Assembly: GCA_949358305.1 (NCBI GenBank)
Contig: OX442314.1
Location: 16,864,001 to 16,928,000, forward strand
Source of the DNA: Strigamia acuminata
Lineage: Eukaryota
Length of the DNA stretch: 64,000 bases
Direction: 5' to 3'
Each line of letters opens with the position of its first letter. The stretch's first letter is position 1. The notes beneath the pieces are model-generated. The model had not been told where the DNA came from. It saw only the letters and a program-made list of their open reading frames with translations, and did no database searches. A program made the translations under genes and the position numbers. This document shows, piece by piece, positions 12,261 to 24,800 of this stretch.

Positions 12261-15200
12261 TTTATTATTTAATTTTATTAACAATTGTTTTAATTTTTAA
12301 AAGCATTAGGTACAAATTTAGTTGCAAAGAGATTTTTATTTAAGAAAATCGAAGGTGTTAGTTTTGATCTAATGATAAAACGCAAAGAAAAAAAATTATC
12401 TTTGTTTATAATCTGACAAAAGGATGTTATTTTGCGTTTTAGATGTATTTTTTTCTTTTTTGTTTATTCATTTCTGTGGGAAAAAAAGTTTCTTTATTCA
12501 TATTGTTCCAGTAACATTGAGATTGTCAACGTTCATTAAATATTTATTCGAGTCGTTTCATTTAGTGAATGCCAACAAATATAATAATAATTTGTAAAAT
12601 ATGTAAATCCATTTTCTTTTGTCAAATCTTGATGCAAATCAGTGGAAGGTTTTATTTGTGTTTGCACGCAATGTTTTGTGTTTAAAAGACTTTTGCTACA
12701 GTCAAACATTGTTGTCACTGCTCATACTTTCTCATGTTTTTTTGTCCCATTCTGTTTGTCAAAGCGCTTACAGATAGGGAACACGTGTCTTAAATTGGAG
12801 TGGAAAAAGTAATAATAGGATTTTAGAAGAAATCAATGCAATTTTTTGTTGTTGTCTACTTTAAATTTATTTGTTTGGGGTTTGGGGTATAGATTTTCAA
12901 GCTTAATTAATTTTTGAAAAAAAAATAAAGTTTCTGATGCAGAAAAATAGAAAGAAGGGCTTAAAGGTGTTGGAAACAAAAACATGTTTCTATGTTTGTG
13001 TTTCATAAAGGTAAATGCGGGGGTAAATGGCATATCCGGTGTGTCGAACTAATCGCATCTGTACAAAATGGCGCTTTCCATGAACGAAGCTTGGACGACG
13101 ACATTTGTAAGCTATCTGATCACAACCCTCAAATCCAGACGCTACAATTTAATTAAAAAAATATAACAATATTCGGCTAATCGCGAGTAAAATTAACTCC
13201 GAAAACTTCAGAAAAGAAAAGAATTTTAATGTTTTGTCAAAAATGAAAATGTATCGTTCAAAAAATGTATTAAACATTTCTTAGATAAATATTACCGCAT
13301 GTGAGACCTTGCGCGAGGCTAGCGACCGCAATAAATAGATGCTTTTAAACGATAACATCCGGGCAAAGCCAGATCCGGGCTCTTTGCACACTTTCTCATA
13401 CAGGAACTTGCTTCTCGTTTGCTTCTTCCAGGTGGGCCCAAAGTGAGGCTAATCGCCAATATCGTCTGCCCGTGAACGTCTTCTCTTCTTTGTTGCTCCT
13501 TGATGCCATTGAACCAGAAGAATTCGCCACCGAGACACCGAAGCAACGCAGGCACAAGCTAAGGAGCAAAACACGGTATGTTTTTCGATTTGTATACACG
13601 TTCGGTGCCGGTCGGCCACCCAAGCATGCTATTAGAGAACTAGAAGCCTTAGATGGAGCAAAATTGGAGCAAACTTAGCGGTTTTGACTTGACTATTTAG
13701 ATTTATCGTTGCTTATGCCTTTTGTGTTGGGCGTGGGATTGTGGCTTTCGGACCGAGCTCTCTTTACCGAATCGTTTTAAAATGCGTTTTTTGGCGGTTT
13801 GTGTCGTGTCGGAGCGGTCGAAAATAGGTGGTGTCAAAATCATGTGCTTGTAGTGTTGTGTATCGACAAAAAGCGTGGTAATTCGCCGTGTTTGTGTTTG
13901 GTGTAGCACAAACTGATCGCGATTGCGACTAATGCGATGGTCGCTCATGGTTACCACGCTATGTACCGTTACAAGCGGCGATGTTGTTCTCGCTGGGTGG
14001 TTATCGCTCATCGCCGGCAAATAATCTTCGCTCGTTTTTACGCTACACACTTTCTCGCTTGATGCTAATTGCTTTTTGGAATTTTGCGGTGCTATTGAAA
14101 TTCCGTATTTTTGCAAATAGTAATTTATTTATTGGAAAATCGGTAATTGGGTGAATTTAATTTTCTTTTTTTTTATATTAAGTTGTGTGTCAATGTGTCA
14201 CAACGTTTTTCCTTATTTACGACGAGCTTTTTTAAACTGAAGATTTAAGTGTGATATAAAAGACAAGGGGTGTTTTTAGTGGTTAAAATCAATCGACATT
14301 CTCGTTTTAGTTACGCGAAGTTAGTGGGGAAAAAAAAAAAAAGCTTTTTGTTTTGTTTTTGTTTTTTTTTTAAAATTCGTAAAAATTGAAAAGAAAATAT
14401 TTAAGAAATGTTTTTGATATACAGAAAAGGAATTATGTTTTTGCTTTGAATTGCTCATGCTTACGTCATAATCAATAACTTAGATCTTTTAAGTGGATAA
14501 ACATGCAAAGGTTGGATAAAGATAGATCTTTCAAACACACATTTTTCTCGAATAAAGTAAACTAGTCGAATGGAAAGACGAAACAATACCGAATGACCAG
14601 CTAATATTAATTCGAGTTTAGTTGATGAGCTTAATATTTGGTTTTTTTTTTGTGTTATGACGTATTAACGACAAATAAACTTATAATTAATAATAATAAT
14701 AATAATTTAGTATTATTTTATTATCATTACGGCCAATCAGATAAAATGTATGGGAATTAGTGCTAAGTTTTTGTAACTAAAACAAACTAAATGCCAATTG
14801 AATAAAAAAATAGTCTGACGAAAATAAAACGGTCGTGTGGGCTTTTTATTGAGGTGCAAGATGAATCACATCTGCCATCTAGTCACGAAGACATTATGCT
14901 CAAGTTTTATCAAATTTTAATTTATTTTTTTTAAATTTTTAAACTTTTTTTAAAAAAAAATTTATTTAGATGTCGCGTTTGTATTTTTTACAATTTGGAC
15001 AAATGAATTTTTTTTTTGGAAACATTTTTTAAACACATGTTTAATTCAACTTGGCTGTAATAATAATAATAACGTCGGAGAAGAAATGGAAACTTTTCAC
15101 TCTCCCGTTGGCCCATTTATCTGTTGTAAATTGTATCGGTGGGTCGTATAGGATAAAAGAAGTGAGCCATTTTGAGTTTTTTCTTGCTAAGCAAACAAAA

Positions 15201-16227
15201 GATTCCTTTTGTCCTGGTGATATACCTGCGCATGTGCATCTTGGTTAATCCATGTCCTATTTTGAGGGGTGTACAGCTTGACTTGTCCATTCAAAGAGCT
15301 CAATTTGGAATCTGATGATTACTAACATATTGATTGAGGTTTCTACTGTTTTTCTTTTATTCACATTTCATTTTTCATTTTTCATTTTGTTTAGTCGTTT
15401 TTTCGTTTGGTTAATGGAATAAAAACTGTGTCGACAGGGTTTAAATGGTTTGGAGAGACAATTAATCATTCAAATTGGATTAAAGAAATCTTATTTACGG
15501 TTTTTCGGGCAATAAATGTTTGAAGAAAAAAAATTTGATGACTTCTAGACCATAACTAAAGAATTTTTTTTTTTTTAAATTGTAAATGTGTTTTAATTGT
15601 AAAAGCTGAGGTTAGGAATCGGAAGAAAAGGTTTTGTTTTGGATTTATGTGGGGTGTGGTGGACATTTTTAATTGAAGATGTTGATTAATATGCAAATTA
15701 TTTGGATATCCATTGCGGGAAATGTGACTTTAGTGCTCGAAGGGGTTTTAGGGATATTGAATAACTGATGGAAAAATCAATCGAGAGTTTTCTTAAAATC
15801 ACTTTTTCCAATGAATCTGATTGTGCCGTGGGAAAGGGGAGACGGGGCAATTTTCTTTGAATTTCGTTAAAAATCTTTGAAATATATTCATATATTTTTT
15901 TTTTTTTTTTTAAATTTTTATTTTTATTTTTTTAAATTTGTTTATTATTCTTAAAAAATGCATCTGGGGCACGTTTCGTTTAATTTATTGTGAAATTGTG
16001 CAGGTGGTACCAGCCATTTTGATTAATTTCCATCATTTGTCCCTAACACGCAACCATTTTGTTCTTTCCACTTGATTAGCAAATTCAAAGGAACTCAACT
16101 TTATCGATCCGGCCGAGTGGGATTTTTCAACAACTCACTAATGACTGGACAAACAGTGTGTAAAATTGGAAATTCCGCAATTTCAACGAAAAGTTTCGCT
16201 TTCCAACGCCTTTAAGTCACAATTAGA

Positions 16228-16327
16228 AATGAATGAATGAATGAGTGAATGAATGAATGAACGGAGTGGTACAATTTTCAACTCCAACTGCTCTGCACAG
16301 CTCTGCACGGCTCTGCACGGCTCTGCT
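16228..16327. repeat. (GAAT)n microsatellite followed by ~4 copies of a 10-bp GCTCTGCACR repeat
   Basis: Directly visible tandem units. Confidence 0.85.
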
Positions 16328-19300
16328 CCACATTTAAAAAATTTCAATTTTCTTGAGATGCATTAAACTGAGGTGGGGGATAGTGGGAGGAAGAGAAGAG
16401 AAGAGTGGTTCTCTAAGCCCCTTTCTCCCCCCTGTTGCCTCTTTTTCCACTGACTCCTTTGTCTGTGGGGTGGAATAAAAATTAAAAGGATGGGGGATGA
16501 AAGAATATTAAGGTGCTGGTCTTAGTCATCCATTGTGTGTGTGCAACGATGAATCATCTCATTCTTGCGAGGGAGAAGCAAGAACAGATTGACCGCCATG
16601 TTGTAAGTGACTCACTTAATGATTAAGGTGTTCACTAGGTAAACAGTAAACACGTAGCAAACCTGGGGGTAGAATCAGAATCAGAAGCGACTCGTTTGGG
16701 GTTAAGAAATTGAAAGTTCGTTGAAGAATGAAAAAAAAAATGAAGGAAAAAAATGGTGATTTTCATAATGATAATAAATTTCTTAAAATGCACATAAGGA
16801 TTTTTGATCCGTCTTTGAATAGTGTATTTTACAATAGGGCATCTGTTATAAGGAAGGGAGGGAGGTAAGTCTTGTGGGGCTCCAGATGGTATTCCCTTCA
16901 TCGCCTCCTCCCCTTCCCTACAGGGGTAACCAAGCAGAACCCCTCCTCCACCCTCCAACCCCTACAAAGTTGACTCACTGCCTGCTGCTGTGTCTCAAGA
17001 TGGAAACCGAGATGGAAAGCGATGCAAATGCTATGGGCCGTGGCAGCGCGTGGCGGTGGCGGGTAAATGGAATAAAGGGTGCTGAATTCGGCCCACTTTT
17101 CCTACTTTTTTTATGGTGGGAATAAAGAGCAATTTGGGTTTGGATTTCGGAGCGATTTTTTTTTTCTTTTTGTATTAAAAATTTCTTGTCTTCGTGCGAG
17201 ATGTCGTGCGGGATAGACGAGCAAGTTTCGATTTGTGTACTATAATATTTTTATCTTTTTGTTTTCTTGGAATAAGTTTGTGTTTTTATTGATTTCGACG
17301 AGAGAAATGAAATAAAAGTTGAATATTTTAATTTTTTTTGGGTTGTGAAGTTTTATTTGATTGGTTTTCTGCAAGTGTTTCGGGTGCAGGTGTTTTTGCT
17401 TACATTTATTGCAATTATTCTATTTGGGAAATAATTTTTTCAAAGAGGTTGCCCTTAAATTTAAATACGGGAATAATCCAACAGATGGTTGCAATTTTTT
17501 TTTTTATCTTTTATTTTTTTATTTATTATCCACGTGAATTGAAAGAGAAAAAAAATTATAAGATGTCTTTAAAACTTAGGCATATACGCAGTTATAAGGT
17601 AATTGGATCAATTCTAATTTGGTAGGTTAGGTTTGTTGAAAACACTTTGGAGGATTCTTTTATTAAATACACACTGATGAGTTTATATCGAGTTTTACCT
17701 AATTAATTTTAAGTTGAAGTTCAAGGTTGGCTAAATTGGAGTTGCTATTTAATAAATTGTATTGTGTTGTGTGTATAGTGTTTAGTTTGATGTCTCGAGA
17801 AGACAATGAAGTTTGGAGTGAGTTTTGGGGGGTGGCGGGGGGATCGCGAATGAGGAATTTGTTCATTTGACTGTCTTTTGAGTCACGATGATAGCTGCTG
17901 TGGTCTCATTTAATTTGTTCTGGGAATTTTGGGAATTCAAAATGGTGGACAGCCAAGTTTTCTTAATTTGACAATACGCCCACTAAGAGGAGACATTTGC
18001 ATTCTGGGGCAACAAAATGAGTTAAGGCAGAGTTTGAAATGGAATTTTGGGCATTTTTATTTGCTCGCTAAAAAGTTTTAAATTTAGTTTAGACCCCCGA
18101 AGAAAATGAAGGGTTTTATTTTATTTTCAGTCGTTGGTTTTCACCAGGCCACTTTAGTGATTAAAATGCAAATCTAACCATATACATTTTCTACTCTATC
18201 AGCCATTTTGACTCCAGGTGGATCCATTTCCTCGTCGTGGCTTCAACCCTTCCAACCCTTCCAACCCTAATTATTTACAACCAGGAAGGAACTTAAGTAA
18301 CAATGTTTGCATGGATTTCCTAAGGAAATTCCATCCTCATTTCCTTATGGATGCCTACCTTCCCAAATGACCAATTTTGAATACACTTTGCAAACGTTCG
18401 TCTTTCGATTCCATACTTAACTCAAACTTGCAACTATTCCTCGTGAAATGCACACTCGACTCTTTTATTTTTGTATTTTTAAATTTTTGTTTTAAAATTC
18501 CTCTCTTATTCTCTGGGTGTCTTCTTTAATAACCCTCTGATGGAGCAATTAGGAAGGAAACTGTCCATGATAAAACAGTTGGAAATTTGTTGTAACCACA
18601 CCCTCTTTTACAAAATTACTCTTGGGATGGTGTCAGCTACCAAAAATTACGTAATAAGAAGTTAGGCAGAGTACATTAGTAAGAGTATAAAGCATCGAGA
18701 GTCGCAATCTGTGCTCTATGCAGTAGTAGTATTTACTATTTATTTTAGTATCGAGGACTGTTTATTTTTTGATTAACTGGAACTATATAAAACACTTCCT
18801 GGTTGGTGTTAGTGAATGAGTTGTCTTTTTGCACCGCGTTTCGTCCTATTTTTAATTAAACCCCTTTTTTCTCCCCTCTTATTGATTGCTTAACTATATT
18901 TAACCGTGAGGTCGATTTAGATGCAATTTATGGATATCAGGGATTATTTTAGCGCTTTTTTAAAATAAAAAAATTTTTTAATTGACCTTGATGTTGTTTA
19001 TTAATTTAAAATTTACAATTTTTTTTAGTTGCACAAGATCTTAGTATGTAAACGGCAGATGGTACGATATGAAATACGAACCACCTGCAAGACTTTAATC
19101 TTGAAAAGAGAAAAGCAGTTTGGAGCAATTTCAAATTGGGTTGCGTAAATTTTCAAGTTTGGACTTGAACTTTTGACTCGAGGTACTTTGTTTCTAAACA
19201 TGTGAACATTGTTTGATGTTAATTTGGTTAGTCTCTTAAGCTGGTGTTGAAAATTGGAGGAATTAAGCCTCTTCCACACAATTGATCCAAGTAATTAATT

Positions 19301-21679
19301 GGATTGAAACCCCTCTGGAGGCTACAGATAACAACACATGCATGTCATTATTGCAACAACATCACTTGGCTTCATTTTATGGACTCAAACGGACCAAAAG
19401 GGTTAAGGGCTGGTTTAATAATGAGTTAAAGGGGCTGCAACTGCAAATGCTCTGTATATAGTATTCGTATTCCTATTCGAGCGAGCACGAAGAAAATTGC
19501 GAAAATCTGGTCAAGTATTTTGAATACCAAACTGAAGTATATATGTTTAACACAAAAGTGCATGGGGTCGTTATATGACCACTTGAAAGTCTTAAATTCA
19601 TGTGGTCAGGTAATAGCCCCCTCCGCAACTTGAAACGCTCGACATTTGGCGAGAAGTGTGGCCGCTGTTATTGTCCCTGCTCAGTCTTGTATGATTACGC
19701 TTCGCAGATTACATTTGGTTATCCTGTTCTATGCTCATTCTGCTCCAATGTTGCTGCCCATTTTGGAGAAGTTTGCCATTTTCTTCGCTTCTTTATTCCA
19801 CGTTTTTCATTGCGCTTTGGCTGAGCAACATTTTGATATACTTGAAAAGAGAAAGAAAGAAAAACATTTTGAAATTTAACATTTTCTCCCCATCAGTTGG
19901 AAATCCGCCATGTTGGTTTGTGGTTTCCTAAACAGTGGCCAGTAGGGGTACGGGTTGATGGGCATCATATGTTTGATTATCATTGAGTTGATTACGAATC
20001 CACTTGATGGTGTGCTTAGAGGGTCGTAAAATATTTTTATTTTATTTGGGTCCTGCTTTGATGTGAGGATTTAAAACAATTTGATATAAATACTAACCGT
20101 GCACCATTTTTTAAAAACTTTTTATACACAATGGCCTTAAAATGAAGGAATGGACTTTACATATATATATTTTGTCTTAAAAACTGATCAACCGATAGGA
20201 GCGAGCGGGTTTGCTAGTTTTAATTTAATCAGTACTAAGTGTCTAAGAGGTTTTGTAAAGGTTAGAAAAAAAGAGAATCGATGATAAACCAACGGTACTA
20301 CACTATCATGTTTATTGATGCATCTGTACAGCAATTGGGACCTGCGGTTCGATTTCCAGTCGTGGATTCCTCCGGATGTCAATCTCATGTTGATATTCAT
20401 TAATCAAGGATTTAACTTCATTTATTTTGGCTGTTATTGCAGTTTTGTTCATAATAATTTGTGTAGAATTCTGGCTGGAATCCATTTGATGTACTGTATG
20501 CTGTGCTGTGAGTCAGTGGACAAGTCCTTTGAAACAGCACCACACCCTAAAGGGTTTAACTGTTTCTCATTTGACAACTTGTGCAGATGTGCAGCAGATC
20601 GATTTGATCTAAAGTTGAGAGTGAAAAATGCGCGCGGAAGAGAAAGTTGGAGAAACGCGACGTTTAAATTGATTTTGAAAATTGTCTTCCGTTTTCGGTT
20701 CTTACTTGAGGTTGGTTTTTAATTCGCATTAAGCAAGGTATGGAATGCGGCTTAAATATGTTATTATAGTTCACTCTTCATTTGTTTTGATCTCATTAGT
20801 AATTTTATACAAATAATCGCTTTAACCGAGGCAATCATGAACGATTGAATAAGTAATACTGACATACATAGTTTATGCAAGGATAAAAATCAATTATAAC
20901 ACACTTTCATTCCAAGTCGCATTAAAAATATGATGGATTGAATTGAACCAGATCGTTTACGATCTTTTTATTAAAGCAAAAGTAAACACGTTGCTAGATG
21001 TCGATTGCGAGGGATTTGTAGGTTCTTAATGTTGAAAATATTTTATTTGGCACCAAGTTCCTGTCCGAACACGTCCTGTGGACATTCCTGGGACGTGGTG
21101 GTCGGAGAATATCCTGTTTGGACGCATTTTGGCCGACGATTCAATAAAATGATTATTTTTATGAACAATTTGTTTTGGTTCTAAGTCTGTTAAACGATTG
21201 TCCGCAGAGTAAACAGACTACTGGCAAGTTTATTTTGTTCACTTATCTTTAAATTCCAGTCAAGTATTTATGCAAATGCTCGACACCTCACATTTGTAAT
21301 TCAAAGTACAGACAGCGGATTGTTTAATTTGAAGCCGTTGATTGGAAAATTAGCTACAAATTAAGTGTGGAGAAGAAATCAAACTTGGACAGACACGTAA
21401 TTAAAGTTTGAATAATAAATGGTAAGCTGATTGATTGTGTACCTAGAAATTACATTTAATTGTAAGATAATGGTGATAGCCTTATTAGACGTCAAACTAT
21501 GATCTTTTGAGTGATTTGCGATCACCTTATCATAACTTTGGAAAGCTTTGCGCAATCTTAAATGAGGCACTTTGGAACGCCTTTGTGTTTCAATTTTGAC
21601 GTGAATAAAATTCGTATTATTATCAATCAATGTAAATTTTTCTTGTGTGCTTACACGGGAAATCAGAGCTGAATGGTGG

Positions 21680-21800
21680 GTTTCGGGGCCTGGCCCCTGG
21701 GCTCTAAATAAACACAAAATCAAATGACCATTTCGAGGTCCGACGACACCTGGGGTCTTGCACCACGGCCCAGTTAGCCCGTTGTGTAGATCCGGCGCTG
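21680..21800. mobile_element. Possible degraded end of a non-autonomous DNA transposon
   Basis: Isolated GC-rich patch ending TAGATCCGGCGCTG, resembling CAG.GCCGGATC-type TIRs; no partner TIR found. Confidence 0.25.
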
Positions 21801-24800
21801 CACGAGTCTGTAATTGTGTAAGAAGAAAGTATGTAGTTGAGGATCTGAAACATTGAAGTTAATTTAATAGATAAAATAAAGATACACGGGCAGATTTGCA
21901 TTGAATTGATCACTCTATCTATAAATACTTGACCGCTTTTGTAAGAACACACTGGGCTATTGTTGTTCTTTTATTGAACATTTTCTTTTCTTCTCGAATC
22001 TACTCCCAGATTGAATCAGCCGGGCGTCAGTAAACTCGAGTAGAAAAAAAATTAAAAATGTAAACAAAATGCTGCCACACCTCGAGCAGTTGACTTGACG
22101 TCGAGAACAAAATATTTTTGTTTATTTTATCTTAGGTTATCATAAGAAATTTGGCACTTGAAATTGTCTCTCCTTATTTTCGATTGTATTTATTATCACT
22201 CTTTATATAAGTTTCGTTTAGATAGCGAGAAAAAATTGCGAAAAGGGGATTGCGATATATGCAGACTAAAGAGCAGATGAGAGATCATGATTAAACGAAA
22301 AGATTTGTAAAAGAAATGAATTGTACTTTAGGTTTATTGCATTGTAGCAGGTGTTTGTGTTTCCTTCCTCTCCTGGATCTGTGGCCCGTGCTCGGCAGGC
22401 GTCTGAGTAATTTTCTTCATTAACATGCAGCTGCAAATATACAAAGGAGGCAGCCATCTTGAAAACGGAAATAGATATGGCGGGTGTGAAGGGTATATGG
22501 CGTGAATTATGGATGTTTATTTTTTTTATTTATTTATTTATTTTTTTTTGGTGGCAAAAAAAACGATTGTGAAATGATGATTGTGCAAAAGAGGAAATTC
22601 GAAATGATTGACTTTTGTTATAGTTTATAAAAAGGACGGGTGTGTAAATCGGGTTAGTGTTTTTGACATATTTGAAAAATACTTTGGGGAAAATGAATTT
22701 TATTGAGCCATGTTTCAGCTTTGCATTTGACGTTTACGCGCATTTCATTGATTTGGTATGTGCGGAGGGATTGAATGCAAATACGCTGCAATTAGAATAG
22801 TTTGCGCTTGATTTAAGACGAATGGGTTTATAAAATGAAGCGAGTGATTATCTTTTGTTTTCCTAAGTCATGTGCAGGCTGAATGCTTCCAATTTATGTG
22901 TGACTTTATCTGAATCTGAAGAGACGAGAAGAATGTTCTACATGTCACGAGTTTGTGATGATAACGGCACCAAGAATAATTGTTTTGCGTTGTGTTATGA
23001 TGCAATCGATTAGGGAATATAGGGATAAGAAATAAAATAAGCCTAAATTATCATGATGACGACCATTTACTAAGTAACCATCTGGGTTCTTTGATGGAGT
23101 CTATTATCACGTGATCTGTGACGAGTCACGCATGCGCACTTCCGTCACCTGCTTAAGAATATGCGAAATGCACAAAATGAGCACTTAAGGGTTCGCGATC
23201 GATGATTGTTGCAAATGTTGTTTGTTTTTTTTTACTTTTAATAGAGATAGATGCAATCCTATTGCGTCATTGGGCCAGAAATTTTTGTCACGAGTTTAGA
23301 ATCTTAAAATATAGATGAAAAAATTGAGTGATAAAATTTGCAGATAATTTTTTTATTTTTTTTTTATATTTTTAAGTCACTGGTTAAAAATAATTGATAA
23401 AAAAAATATTTTTATTATTTAATAAGTCTAAGTTGAGGATTTAGGTCGGGAATGGAATGAAAAAGTCAAGTATCCAAGTGTGAGAGAGAAATTATAACCA
23501 AGTTTGTAATCGAATCCAAGTTTTCCTGTTCTAAATCGGACACTCTTAAGGTGATCTTAAGTGCAATTTGATCAGTGACGTCATCCGTGGTTTCTCAGAC
23601 AATAGCTGCCTCATTTTCGATATCATTTAGTAAACATCCGATAACAATCACACTTGTGGAAAATTGTCCTAAAAGGAGTTGCTACAGCTCTCCCAGTAGC
23701 GATCAACTATTTCACCTCATTTCGAAAATAAAAATTTCCATCGGTGGCTCGTTGCGAACCATTTTCTGTTATTTCTATTATTTCATGGTAAGTTTGAATT
23801 TTTTTTGATTTTTTTTTGAATTTATAATAGAAACTAATAACTCAATTGGGTGAAATGAATATTTTATGTTTAATTATTATTTAAAAGATAAATAGTTTTT
23901 ATCAAATTATTATTTTTGTATTTTTTTTCTAAAAAATGATAAAAGTTTTAACACTTCGTTATGGTTTTAAGTAAATTATTAATTTTAATTAAAGTAATTA
24001 AGTGTCTGCTTAAAATTGAATGTGGGGCGTTTATAAAATTCTAAAAGGTAACTAACGTGCATTATGTATTTATTTCCACGGTGTTTAATCATTTGTAATT
24101 TTGATGCATTTTAATTTGACCCAGTCGAAAACGAAAAACTCAAGATTAGGGGTAGGGGGTAGGTAGGTGGCGCGGGATCGGAGAAAACAGTTGACGTTGA
24201 TGATTTTTAAAGGCGCTCTGTGATGAGAATGAGAAATTTGGTGACGCGTGTAAGGAGATTTGAGTGAATAATTAATTTTAATTAATCTAATTTGCGAGTT
24301 TTCTTGAGGTAATTGCAGCGTTAATTAGCAAGTACTAATGACCAAACATGAGTGAAGTTTTTGACAAGTTTATTCACGTGATTCTCAAGTTTCTTTTAAT
24401 TTATTCTTCTTAAAACGAAGAAGAGAAAAAAAAACCACCTGACACGGTTCTCAGAAAGTTTTTATTTATTTTTTTTCGAAAATTACACTTTAGATTATTT
24501 TTTTTCTTTAGGCCTCGGACTGAAAATTGAACTTGATAATGTAAATATTAAAAGGCTTAAAGTGGGGTCGTTTTGCCCGCCAACAAATTGAGAAGTGGTA
24601 GTGGGAAAGTTGAACGTGTTTGGTTTCCATTTTCATTTGACAATTGCTGATTGCGGTGTCAGTTTTCTCTCTTCAATCTTGTTTTGAGACCTTTGCCAAG
24701 AATAAAAAAAATATGACTAATGGTAATAAAGGTTGGAGGAATATTGGTGGATTCGATTTGGCTCTTTCTCTTTGCTACGGAGGAGTTTTTGGAAAATATT

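Noticed and set aside
13703..14116. 137-aa minus-strand ORF
   Set aside because: Non-ATG start and no motif; better explained as the antisense of a G/T-rich candidate pros leader.
19600..19824. Short ORF with CGRCYCPC
   Set aside because: Does not fit the Cys-family pattern and has no supporting splice or poly(A) context.
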